Shown: piece by piece, positions 15,204-22,798 of the stretch | Position numbering within the stretch: position 1 is the first letter of the stretch | Layout: every line of letters begins with the position of its first letter | Origin: an uncultured Pseudomonadales bacterium | Lineage (GTDB): Bacteria; Patescibacteriota; Microgenomatia; UBA1400; PJMF01 | Assembly: GCA_964652415.1 (NCBI GenBank) | Contig: CAZZDG010000002.1 | Location: 1-40,802 of the forward strand | Length of the DNA stretch: 40,802 nt | Direction: 5' to 3' | Made by a program: the position numbers and the translations under genes | Notes under the pieces: model-generated | What the model saw: only the letters and a program-made list of their open reading frames with translations | Told to the model about the DNA's origin: nothing | Databases searched by the model: none

Positions 15204-16481
15204 TTAATCTGTGAGCCAGACTGTAACTGCCAAAAGTAGGAGTCCTGATTGGATTGTAAGTAGATAGTGATCTAGTGCTAGTATTGGGAGTAACGCCAGC
15301 AGGTATTCTGGATGACGTATTTTTCTATTTTTTTTCAGGTATGGCAGAATGAGAAGCAAAAAAAATGTTGTACCAATTAGTCCAGCTTCTGACAAAAATA
15401 AAAGTAAAACGCTGTGAGCTGGTTGTATAAAACGCACTACTTCTTGGTTTGTACTATTTTTTTCTAAGTATGCTGTAAAGTTTTGAAAACCTACACCGGT
15501 AAATGGTTCTTTCTGTAGTATTGCTATTGCTGCACTATTCAAAAAGTTTCTTCTCAAAACACTATTTGAATTGATAACTGTTTGATCTGTGATCTGTGTT
15601 AAGAGTAAAATAGTAAGTGCGCTCAGTACAAGAAAGAATATGGCAATTTTTTTAGGGGTGTAAACAAACAGTTTTTTTTTGTTTATTACAATGACTGCAA
15701 CACCAAGCAATAGTCCTAATATGGCAGAAACAGATTGGGTAAGCAGTATTGTGGAACTTGAAAGGATAAGTATGAGTATTTCCGTAAGTTTTGTTTTTGA
15801 ATTTTTTGAAAAGTTATTGAAAATAAATAACGAAAAAATTGTCAGTATTCCAGCTAAAACATTTGGATGGGCGGTTGTTCCATATGGCAAAATTTTCTGA
15901 ACTCCTAAGAGCGAACTTTGTGCAATTCCCGCGTATGCGTTAAGATTTGTTTCGCCAAGAAAGTAATAATTAAAAAGTGATCCTTGCGATAAGTATTGAT
16001 ACCAAGCAAGCAGTGATTGAAAAATGACTGTGATTTTTACTGTTGTAATTGTTATTTGAGATTTTAGAAGGTGCGTGTCGCTGGTAATGATGAGACCAGT
16101 GATTGCAAGGATTAAGATTCGCAACAAAAACAGAATGGAAACGATAGGATGTTCACTGGTTATTTGCTGTAGGATCAAAAGTGTTCCTAAAATACCTAGG
16201 GTTGGTTTATACGGTATATTTCTTATTATTTTTGTGAGAAATTTTCTATTCTCTGCCCTAAAAATGAGGACAAAAAAGAGTGTTAGCAAAAAAATATCAC
16301 TCAAATGAAATTTGGGTATTAAATAATCAACCTGCAAACCGCGGACATATGCAGTTTCTAGTAGAAAAGTCTTAAATAAGTTTGAGGGAATTGAAAAAAT
16401 AAGTCCAGCTAGTAACAGTAAAACAAACATATCTGGTTTAGATTCTAACAGGGCTTCGCGCGTTTCGTAAGCGCTATGCAT
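15204..16481 (-). CDS. O-antigen ligase/polymerase-like (Wzy_C) membrane protein
   Basis: 425 aa with about 10-12 TM helices. PAHSVLLLFLSEAGLIG resembles the HN.yL..l.E.G motif of the O-antigen ligase family. Confidence 0.55.
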   Translation of the reverse strand: MHSAYETREALLESKPDMFVLLLLAGLIFSIPSNLFKTFLLETAYVRGLQVDYLIPKFHLSDIFLLTLFFVLIFRAENRKFLTKIIRNIPYKPTLGILGTLLILQQITSEHPIVSILFLLRILILAITGLIITSDTHLLKSQITITTVKITVIFQSLLAWYQYLSQGSLFNYYFLGETNLNAYAGIAQSSLLGVQKILPYGTTAHPNVLAGILTIFSLFIFNNFSKNSKTKLTEILILILSSSTILLTQSVSAILGLLLGVAVIVINKKKLFVYTPKKIAIFFLVLSALTILLLTQITDQTVINSNSVLRRNFLNSAAIAILQKEPFTGVGFQNFTAYLEKNSTNQEVVRFIQPAHSVLLLFLSEAGLIGTTFFLLLILPYLKKNRKIRHPEYLLALLPILALDHYLLTIQSGLLLLAVTVWLTD

Positions 16482-16526
16482 TTTTCGTACCTACGACTTT
16501 TTCTATGAAAAAGATCGGGTCCGAAA

Positions 16527-16553
16527 GAAAAAACCCACCGTTTTGGGGTGGGT
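16527..16553 (-). terminator. Intrinsic terminator after rplT
   Basis: Minus-sense sequence is ACCCACC-ccaaaac-GGTGGGT followed by TTTTTCTTT. Confidence 0.7.
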
Positions 16554-16582
16554 TTTAATTTTAATTCTGTTAGTACCAAATA

Positions 16583-16936
16583 TTATTTGGTAGCTGCTGT
16601 TACGATGTCTTTGAATGTTCTGTTATCAGTAACTGCAATGTCTGAAAGCATTTTTCTATCTAAAGAAATGTTTGCTTTTTTGAGAGCATTGATAAATCTT
16701 GAGTATTTTAAGCCATTACCAAGTTCGGTTAATGCTGCATTGATACGCAAAATCCAGAGTTTACGCATATCTCTTTTACGGAGTTTTCTTCCGATATATG
16801 CATATTGTCCTGCATGCATGTATGCTTCGTGAGCTCTTTTGTATAATTTTCTGTTAGCACCTCTAAAACCTTTGTTTGCATCTAAGACTTTCTTATGTCT
16901 TTTTCTGCGGGTTATGCCTGTTTTGACTCTTGCCAT
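16583..16936 (-). CDS. rplT: 50S ribosomal protein L20
   Basis: [18 protein letters not shown]... is the typical L20 N-terminus. 117 aa, in the infC-rpmI-rplT order. Confidence 0.95.
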   Translation of the reverse strand: MARVKTGITRRKRHKKVLDANKGFRGANRKLYKRAHEAYMHAGQYAYIGRKLRKRDMRKLWILRINAALTELGNGLKYSRFINALKKANISLDRKMLSDIAVTDNRTFKDIVTAATK

Positions 16937-16955
16937 ATAATCCTTATCTTTTTTA

Positions 16956-17159
16956 TTATGCTATACCAAGCATTTGCTTGATTTTCTTTGCCCATTTTCC
17001 AACTACTTGTTTTGGTACTTTGTAAGCTCTGATTGCTTTTTTACTTTTGATTCTTCTTCTGTGACGCATATTTTGTGAGCGTCTTAAGACTTTACCTGTT
17101 GCAGTAATCTTGAATCTTTTTGCAACACCACTTCTGGTTTTTTGTTTTATTTTTTTCAT
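16956..17159 (-). CDS. rpmI: 50S ribosomal protein L35
   Basis: 67 aa and highly basic. [18 protein letters not shown] is L35-like. It sits between infC and rplT. Confidence 0.92.
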   Translation of the reverse strand: MKKIKQKTRSGVAKRFKITATGKVLRRSQNMRHRRRIKSKKAIRAYKVPKQVVGKWAKKIKQMLGIA

Positions 17160-17164
17160 GCTCC

Positions 17165-17716
17165 TTATCCTTTTTTGTTCTTAGCAGGCATCAATTGCGC
17201 AATTAGTTTTTTACCCATGAGTTTTGGTTTCATTTCAACAGTTGCAATGTCGGTTGTTGCCGCAAAGATTTTGTTAAAAGTTTCAAATCCAAACTCTTTT
17301 TTTGTTATTTCTCTTCCTTTAAACATTAAAGAAAGTCTTACTTTATCACCTTTTTCTAAGAAAGTCTTTACTTTCTTTAGTCTTGATTCAAAGTCTCCTT
17401 CTCCCATAAATGGGGTAAAACGGAGTTCTTTGATATCTTGTGCCTTAGATTTTTTTCTCGATTTAGCTTCTTTTTGTTGTTCTTGGTATTTGAACTTTGC
17501 TAAGTCAATAATTTTTGCTATTGCTGGGCTTGCTTGTTCGTTGATCAATACGAGGTCTTTCTCAACGCTGCGAGCCTTTTCTAAAGCTTCTGATCTGGAC
17601 ATTACGCCCATCATTTCACCAAATTCGTTCAATACTCTCAATTCCGGAGCATTGATTCTTTCGTTAATTGTGTAATATTTTTTTCCGAAAGATCTGTTGT
17701 TGTTTCCTGGTTTCAT
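17165..17716 (-). CDS. infC: Translation initiation factor IF-3
   Basis: INERINAPELRVL and the C-domain KELRFTP...D...R match IF-3. It is in the conserved operon context. Confidence 0.92.
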   Translation of the reverse strand: MKPGNNNRSFGKKYYTINERINAPELRVLNEFGEMMGVMSRSEALEKARSVEKDLVLINEQASPAIAKIIDLAKFKYQEQQKEAKSRKKSKAQDIKELRFTPFMGEGDFESRLKKVKTFLEKGDKVRLSLMFKGREITKKEFGFETFNKIFAATTDIATVEMKPKLMGKKLIAQLMPAKNKKG

Positions 17717-17833
17717 GTTTAGGTGTTTATTTGTAATATCCTTCTTCTTTTACCTTCTATTTTGTTACACTGTATTGTACATCAAGTTACTTGAAATAAA
17801 AACAGCGTCCCTGAATATTAGTGACGAGTGAGT

Positions 17834-17862
17834 ATTATACCATCAAATCATGTAATTGTTAA
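17834..17862 (-). promoter_or_regulatory. Candidate infC operon promoter (TTAACA-17-TGgTATAAT)
   Basis: On the minus strand, -35 is at 17857-17862 and the extended -10 at 17834-17842. This leaves a leader of about 110 nt before infC. Confidence 0.5.
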
Positions 17863-17883
17863 AGAGAAAATATTTGATATAAT
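17856..17883 (+). promoter_or_regulatory. Candidate tRNA-Val promoter (TTGTTA-16-TGaTATAAT)
   Basis: -35 is at 17856-17861 and -10 at 17878-17883, preceded by TGA. The tRNA starts about 18 nt after the -10. Its -35 overlaps the -35 of the divergent infC promoter. Confidence 0.55.
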
Positions 17884-17900
17884 TTACGGGTGCTCAAGAT

Positions 17901-17974
17901 GAATCTGTAGCTCAGTTGGTTAGAGCGCTTCATTGACATTGAAGAGGTCAGAGGTTCGAGTCCTCTCAGATTCA
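17901..17974 (+). tRNA. tRNA-Val (anticodon GAC)
   Basis: The cloverleaf folds by hand: acceptor GAATCTG/CAGATTC, D stem GCTC/GAGC, anticodon stem CTTCA/TGAAG with loop TTGACAT, T stem AGAGG/CCTCT with loop TTCGAGT. No CCA is encoded. Confidence 0.9.
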
Positions 17975-17990
17975 CTAAGTTCAATACTTA

Positions 17991-18665
17991 TTATTCTCCA
18001 AAGTTGTCACCACGCTCGCTATTAAAGAATTGATCCATATTAGCACGTTGTTCGTAACCAGAACTTTCAGCCATTTGTTTACCAAGACCCTTTGCACGCT
18101 TTGCAATTTTCTTCTTCTTTGTGTTTGCCTGTTGAGCCCAAGTTCGAGCACTTCTGACTTTTTGTGTTAAAAGAATAATAAATGCACGAAGTCTGTCAAA
18201 AAAGTTTTCATCTCCAGTGCCATCTAGGCCTGAGTTTGTAGCTTTGCCCATCAAGACAATATCAATTTCTTTATGAAATTTTTTGATTTCTTGTGCTAAA
18301 TTCTTGAGTTCTTTTCTAATCTGTTCAATTTTCTTTTTTGTCGCATTCTCTCGAGCATCAAAAACATCTTTGGCATCAACAGGATTAATTCTTTTGTGGA
18401 GTTCTAGGCGTTTTTGTTCATATTCTTGTTTTTTGAGGTCTTCTTGTTGTTTTTGAAGTGCGCCAAATTCTGAATTATATCCACCAAATTGATCAAAACT
18501 ACTTTTGTTAAATGGATTGTTTTCTAGAATTGAATTATTGGCAGTAGAACTAAAGTTTCGTGCTCCTCCACCAGATGTGTTTGCGAGAGCTTCGGTAAAT
18601 GGTCTGCTAGGTTTGTTTCCTCCTGTAGAGCCTAAGGCTGCTGCAAAAGGGTTGTTATTTGCCAT
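17991..18665 (-). CDS. Hypothetical protein with a low-complexity N-terminus and a coiled coil
   Basis: 224 aa. It has a Gly/Asn/Ser-rich N-terminal ~70 aa, a charged coiled-coil centre (QKQQEDLKKQEYEQKRLELHK...), a hydrophobic patch FIILLTQKV and a basic segment KKKKIAKRAK. I recognise no family. It has its own near-consensus promoter. Confidence 0.6.
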   Translation of the reverse strand: MANNNPFAAALGSTGGNKPSRPFTEALANTSGGGARNFSSTANNSILENNPFNKSSFDQFGGYNSEFGALQKQQEDLKKQEYEQKRLELHKRINPVDAKDVFDARENATKKKIEQIRKELKNLAQEIKKFHKEIDIVLMGKATNSGLDGTGDENFFDRLRAFIILLTQKVRSARTWAQQANTKKKKIAKRAKGLGKQMAESSGYEQRANMDQFFNSERGDNFGE

Positions 18666-18697
18666 ACATGTAACTTAACTATAGTTTAATAGATCTA

Positions 18698-18726
18698 ATT
18701 ATAGGATACTTTATCCTATAAGTCAA
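18698..18726 (-). promoter_or_regulatory. Near-consensus promoter (TTGACT-17-TATAAT) whose spacer is filled by a palindromic operator-like site
   Basis: On the minus strand, -35 is at 18721-18726 and -10 at 18698-18703, with a 17-nt spacer. Confidence 0.65.
18699..18721. repeat. Perfect inverted repeat TTATAGGATA-ctt-TATCCTATAA (10+3+10)
   Basis: Read directly from the sequence. It overlaps the -10 and -35 hexamers of the promoter above. Confidence 0.9.
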
Positions 18727-18767
18727 GTTATCTTCACATTATACTTGAGGGCAAGCAATTTTTCCAG

Positions 18768-19736
18768 TTATTTTAGATTGAGCAAATGTTCAGCGACTTT
18801 TTGTCTTAAGATTGTTTGACTCATCATTTCGAGGTACTGTGGGTCGGTTTCTTGTTGTTTCTTAAGGTTTTCGTCAGTAACTTTGGCAAATGCTGCATCA
18901 AGATCTGTTTTTTCTACGGATAATTTAGCAGTTTTTGCAATTTCGTCAATAACAAATGCAATTTGTAGTCTTGCTAATGCGCCAGCTGCGAGTTCATTTG
19001 AAAGTTGTTCAAAGGTCATTTTTCTTTGTTCTAGGAATTTTTCAAAAGGGATATTAAATTGTTTGAGTTGTTTTGCAAGGTTCTGCAGATCATAGCGGGT
19101 TTCTTCTTTTACAAGAAGTTCTTGAATTTGAGGTTTGATTGTTTGTACTAGTTCTCTGTAGATAAATTGAACAATATAGTCTTTTTTCTCTTGCTCAGTA
19201 GGTTCAGCATGTGAATGGCTATGCTCTTCTCCTTTGCTTTCTTCGACATGTTTTTCCATTTCAGCCATTTGTTTTTCGAGCTCTTTTTGAGCATCTTTTT
19301 GTGCTTTGACTGCGACTTTTTCGTAGCCATTGAGGTTTATATCTGGTCTGACCGCAATATATGCCTCGACAACCCAGTCTTTACCTTTTTCTAATGAAAT
19401 TGGGTTAAATTCTGGATATGTTAATGGTTTGAGTTCTGATTTTTTAAGTTCTTCTGTGTAGAGTGCAGGAATGACAATTTGGAGTGATTCTTCAATAACT
19501 GCCTCTGGTTTTAAGTTTTCTTCGGCAACTTTTGCAGGTACTTTTCCTTTTCTAAACCCAGCTACACTCACTTTTTTTGCAAGTTTAGTGAGGGCTTTGC
19601 TATAAGCAGCTTCTGCAACTTTTGCAGGAATTGTTAAAGTAATCACAGTATTTGCAGAAATAAGTGGTTTTTCTGTAGTTGCCTCTGGTGCAATTGTTTT
19701 TTTTGCTATTTTGGTGGTTTTTTTAGCATCTGCCAT
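18768..19736 (-). CDS. tig: Trigger factor-like chaperone lacking the PPIase domain
   Basis: GFRKGKVPAKV is the ribosome-binding signature of the trigger factor N domain, and the C-terminal helical arm region is recognisable. At 322 aa there is no FKBP-like segment; a charged His-rich linker occupies its position. Confidence 0.7.
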   Translation of the reverse strand: MADAKKTTKIAKKTIAPEATTEKPLISANTVITLTIPAKVAEAAYSKALTKLAKKVSVAGFRKGKVPAKVAEENLKPEAVIEESLQIVIPALYTEELKKSELKPLTYPEFNPISLEKGKDWVVEAYIAVRPDINLNGYEKVAVKAQKDAQKELEKQMAEMEKHVEESKGEEHSHSHAEPTEQEKKDYIVQFIYRELVQTIKPQIQELLVKEETRYDLQNLAKQLKQFNIPFEKFLEQRKMTFEQLSNELAAGALARLQIAFVIDEIAKTAKLSVEKTDLDAAFAKVTDENLKKQQETDPQYLEMMSQTILRQKVAEHLLNLK

Positions 19737-19769
19737 AGTTGTATTCTTTCCAAACTTTATAGACCATGC

Positions 19770-19798
19770 ATTATACCCCAGAAATAATGATTTATCAT
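19770..19798 (-). promoter_or_regulatory. Candidate tig promoter (ATGATA-17-TATAAT)
   Basis: On the minus strand, -10 is at 19770-19775 and -35 at 19793-19798. Confidence 0.4.
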
Positions 19799-19799
19799 G

Positions 19800-19808
19800 T
19801 GATATAAT
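19800..19808 (+). promoter_or_regulatory. Candidate extended -10 (TGaTATAAT) for the 19866 gene
   Basis: TG is at 19800-19801 and TATAAT at 19803-19808. The -35 is weak. Confidence 0.4.
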
Positions 19809-19865
19809 AAAACGTACAAATTATCACCCTTTTAAGGAGGGGAATTTCAAAAAGGAAAATTCACA

Positions 19866-20693
19866 ATGAGTGAAAATAACGTTTTACTACATCATATTGA
19901 TGACTATGTTTCTGGTGGTTTAGAGTTTGCCGAGATTGATACTCGACTTTTTTCAAACATGAACGAACCAGAAAAAGTTCTGATTCATGACACTTCAGTC
20001 CCATCACTTGATACCATGGCACTTGGATTTGTAACTGGTCAACTTGCATATGCGCCTACCAATGGTCGAAGAATGGTAATTTATGGCAACTGTGCTCCAA
20101 GAAGAACAAGCGATAAAGCACACAAAAACAACTTTGATCACGGTATTAAATATGCCAAACTCAAGAATGGTGTTGAGATAATTAATGTCTGGTCAGATCA
20201 TGCATTCGGCTTTGTTAAAAAAGATATTATTGAATTTAGAGATATCAATTGCCCAAATTCAGGGTCACAGTTTAGATCAAGAGACTTTTTCCCGTTGGCT
20301 GTTGCAAAAATTATTAATGGTGACTATTCAGAATTGGGTGCCCAGTTACCAATAGAAGAAATTCCAGAAATTCCAAATAATATGATTGCTTGGACAGATG
20401 GTTTTGGTAACATGAAGACTACTATGAGAATGTCTAATATTCAGAAATTAGGTTTGAAGCCTGGAGATAAGGTGCAAGTTATACTAAATAATGTAAGTAT
20501 GGTTGGTATTGTTTCTATTGGTGGATTTCAAGTTGATCGTGGCGTGCTTGCAATTAATGCAGGCTCAAGTGGATATGAAGATCCATTTATTGAGTTTTTC
20601 CTTAGAGTGCACCAAATTTCAGAAAAAACTGCTGCTGTCCGGTTTGGATATCCAACTGGCGCAACTGAATTTGAGTTGAAAGTTTTGGAATAG
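19866..20693 (+). CDS. Divergent SAM hydrolase / SAM hydroxide adenosyltransferase-like protein (DUF62 family)
   Basis: 275 aa. SQFRSRDFFPLAVAKI compares with the family motif stFHGRDiF.paa. WTDGFGNMKT compares with yiD.FGN.iTN. The C-terminus GVLAINAGSSGYEDPFIEFFL compares with ..l...gS.g.lEiav. The N-terminal TDFG motif is not conserved. Confidence 0.5.
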   Translation: MSENNVLLHHIDDYVSGGLEFAEIDTRLFSNMNEPEKVLIHDTSVPSLDTMALGFVTGQLAYAPTNGRRMVIYGNCAPRRTSDKAHKNNFDHGIKYAKLKNGVEIINVWSDHAFGFVKKDIIEFRDINCPNSGSQFRSRDFFPLAVAKIINGDYSELGAQLPIEEIPEIPNNMIAWTDGFGNMKTTMRMSNIQKLGLKPGDKVQVILNNVSMVGIVSIGGFQVDRGVLAINAGSSGYEDPFIEFFLRVHQISEKTAAVRFGYPTGATEFELKVLE

Positions 20694-20710
20694 AATACGA
20701 TTAAAATTGA

Positions 20711-20742
20711 AAAACGGGAGGTAAAATAAACCTCCCGTTTTT
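20711..20742 (+). terminator. Intrinsic terminator after the DUF62-like gene
   Basis: 8-bp stem ACGGGAGG/CCTCCCGT with a 9-nt loop, followed by TTTTT. Confidence 0.8.
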
Positions 20743-20792
20743 ATATTCTTGCTCTATAATAGGGTGGTTGTTGTAAATGAGTACCATAATGT

Positions 20793-20865
20793 GGCGCGAT
20801 ACCAGAGTGGTTAATGGCTAGGTCTGCAAAACCTCAGTTCGCGGGTTCGAATCCCGCTCGCGCCT
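20793..20865 (+). tRNA. tRNA-Cys (anticodon GCA)
   Basis: Acceptor GGCGCGA/TCGCGCC with a U73 discriminator, anticodon loop CTGCAAA, T arm GCGGG-TTCGAAT-CCCGC, and a 3-bp D stem with a G13.A22 mismatch. No CCA is encoded. Confidence 0.85.
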
Positions 20866-20869
20866 CGAT

Positions 20870-21568
20870 TTGTCCTTAGCTATAAAACAATTAGTTATCA
20901 AACAAGAGGAAATCAAAGTGATTGTGACTGAAGCTACAATTTGGAGACCTATTCATATTTTTTTGGTTCAGAACCAAAATTTGATAAAAAGATTTTTCTT
21001 TCTTACATATGCGATTTGTGTTTTTTTGATTGTTCTTGGTTTTTATTTATTTAAGGAGAATCCAGATTTGTATATCGTTCTCTACTCTCTTGCTGGAAAA
21101 GTTGGCACTATTGCACTAGTTCTTTTTTTAGGAGCACTTCTTCCGGGGATTTTTCAAAGATTTAAATTTTTGCCATTAGTAAGCGCAAGCATTGTTTTAT
21201 TTAGAAGACAGATTGGCATTCTCATGTTTTTTTGTGCACTAGTACACTCAATGTATATTTCAACAATTCCCGCAATTATGTCTGGAATAACTAGCTTAGA
21301 TGAGTTGCCGCCAAATGCTTTAACTGGTATGTTAACAATTATAATTTTGTTTCCTGTTTGGATTACTTCTAATGATATTTCGCAAAAGAAGTTAGGAAAA
21401 TTCTGGAAAACAATCCAAAGACTCACTTATTTTGCAATGATAACTATATTTTTTCATGTGGCTATGATAGAAAAATCTGCAGCTGTTTTGACAATCACAG
21501 TTTTTGCGTTGGAAATTGCGTCTTGGGTTAAAATTTGGTTTTTCACATCTAAACAGCGAACTGTATAA
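20870..21568 (+). CDS. Ferric-reductase-like / MsrQ-like transmembrane heme-binding protein
   Basis: About 6 TM helices. Conserved-looking His residues lie in FRRQIGILMFFCALVHSMY and FFHVAMIE. The track start (TTG at 20870) abuts the tRNA. GTG at 20918, preceded by GAGGAA, is a more likely start. Confidence 0.4.
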   Translation: MSLAIKQLVIKQEEIKVIVTEATIWRPIHIFLVQNQNLIKRFFFLTYAICVFLIVLGFYLFKENPDLYIVLYSLAGKVGTIALVLFLGALLPGIFQRFKFLPLVSASIVLFRRQIGILMFFCALVHSMYISTIPAIMSGITSLDELPPNALTGMLTIIILFPVWITSNDISQKKLGKFWKTIQRLTYFAMITIFFHVAMIEKSAAVLTITVFALEIASWVKIWFFTSKQRTV

Positions 21569-21618
21569 AAGAATTTATCTCACAAAACGTCCCGTTTTAA
21601 TGATAAAATACAACCCTC

Positions 21619-22779
21619 ATGACAGGTAAAAAAACATATTATATCCACACATTTGGTTGCCAATCAAATAAGAGTGATTCCGAGCGTATTGCAGGTGACT
21701 ATGAGGCGCGCGGGTTTACGGAAAGCAAAAGTTGGCACGACTGTACTGAGTTAATTGTGAATACTTGTGCGGTGCGTCAGCGCGCCGAAGATCGTGCTCG
21801 CGGATTTTTGTATAACGTAACAGTTTATTTTCACGAAAAGGGTTTGCAACGTCCCAAAATTATTTTGACCGGTTGTATGGTTCATCACGGCAACGAAAAG
21901 TTGTATGAGATGATGCCGATGATTGACGAAATTTTACCAATTAATGAAGTTGGTTTTAACAATGCAACTGTTCGCAAAGATAAAAAGAATGCGTGGATTC
22001 CGATTTCTGTTGGGTGTAATTCATTCTGCACATATTGTATTGTGCCCTACTCTAGAGGTCGAGAAAAATCACGCAGTATGGAGTCAATTTTAGAAGAAGT
22101 TGCTCGACTTGAAAAAGAAGGTTTTGAAGAAATTACTTTATTAGGTATGAATGTGAATTCTTGGGGACTAGAAAAACTGGGAATTGGTTTTAGAAAACTA
22201 ATGATGGAAAATAAGGACTTTACGCGCGAAGATTTGCCAGATAACCAGACACAGTATTTGACTCCAACAGGTACTCCTCCATTTGTAAAGTTGCTTCAAG
22301 AAGTTTCAAAGTTTAATGGTATTAAGAAAATCAGGTTTATGAGTAGTAATCCTTGGGATTTTCATGATGAACTTATTGCGGAAGTTGGCAAAAATAAAAA
22401 AATCGATCGCTATGTTCATTTACCAATTCAATCTGGAAGTAACGGCGTTTTGTACAGAATGAATCGTGGTTACACAAAAGAAAGATATATAGAAGTTGTA
22501 GAAAAGTTACGAAAAGCAGACCCAGAAATAGTAATAGGCACAGATATTGTGGTTGGGTTTGCAAATGAGACAGAAGCAGAGTTTGAAGAAACTGTTGATT
22601 TGGCAAAAAAAATTGGTTGGACAGTTGGTTTTGTTGCTATGTACTCTCCTCGTCCTGGAACCGCTGGCTGGAGAATTTATCCTGACAATATTCCTCATAA
22701 AGAAAAAAAACGCCGTTGGGAAGTTTTGGATCAGATTATTAATAAAGATAACTTACATCAACGTCCAATTGTGATTTAA
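21619..22779 (+). CDS. miaB: Radical-SAM methylthiotransferase MiaB-like, lacking the TRAM domain
   Basis: N-terminal UPF0004 Cys cluster (HTFGCQSN..., NTCAVR, GCM) and a radical SAM CNSFCTYC motif. At 386 aa it ends where TRAM normally begins. It is adjacent to miaA. Confidence 0.8.
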   Translation: MTGKKTYYIHTFGCQSNKSDSERIAGDYEARGFTESKSWHDCTELIVNTCAVRQRAEDRARGFLYNVTVYFHEKGLQRPKIILTGCMVHHGNEKLYEMMPMIDEILPINEVGFNNATVRKDKKNAWIPISVGCNSFCTYCIVPYSRGREKSRSMESILEEVARLEKEGFEEITLLGMNVNSWGLEKLGIGFRKLMMENKDFTREDLPDNQTQYLTPTGTPPFVKLLQEVSKFNGIKKIRFMSSNPWDFHDELIAEVGKNKKIDRYVHLPIQSGSNGVLYRMNRGYTKERYIEVVEKLRKADPEIVIGTDIVVGFANETEAEFEETVDLAKKIGWTVGFVAMYSPRPGTAGWRIYPDNIPHKEKKRRWEVLDQIINKDNLHQRPIVI

Positions 22780-22798
22780 TTGTATTGGTCTAAAAAAT

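Noticed and set aside
19834-19840. A strong SD-like AAGGAGG 25 nt upstream of the 19866 ATG, with no start codon at the proper spacing.
   Set aside because: There is no in-frame ATG, GTG or TTG between it and 19866, and a stop codon lies at 19833-19835. It is probably a fortuitous purine run or a standby site, and there is no evidence for a separate ORF.
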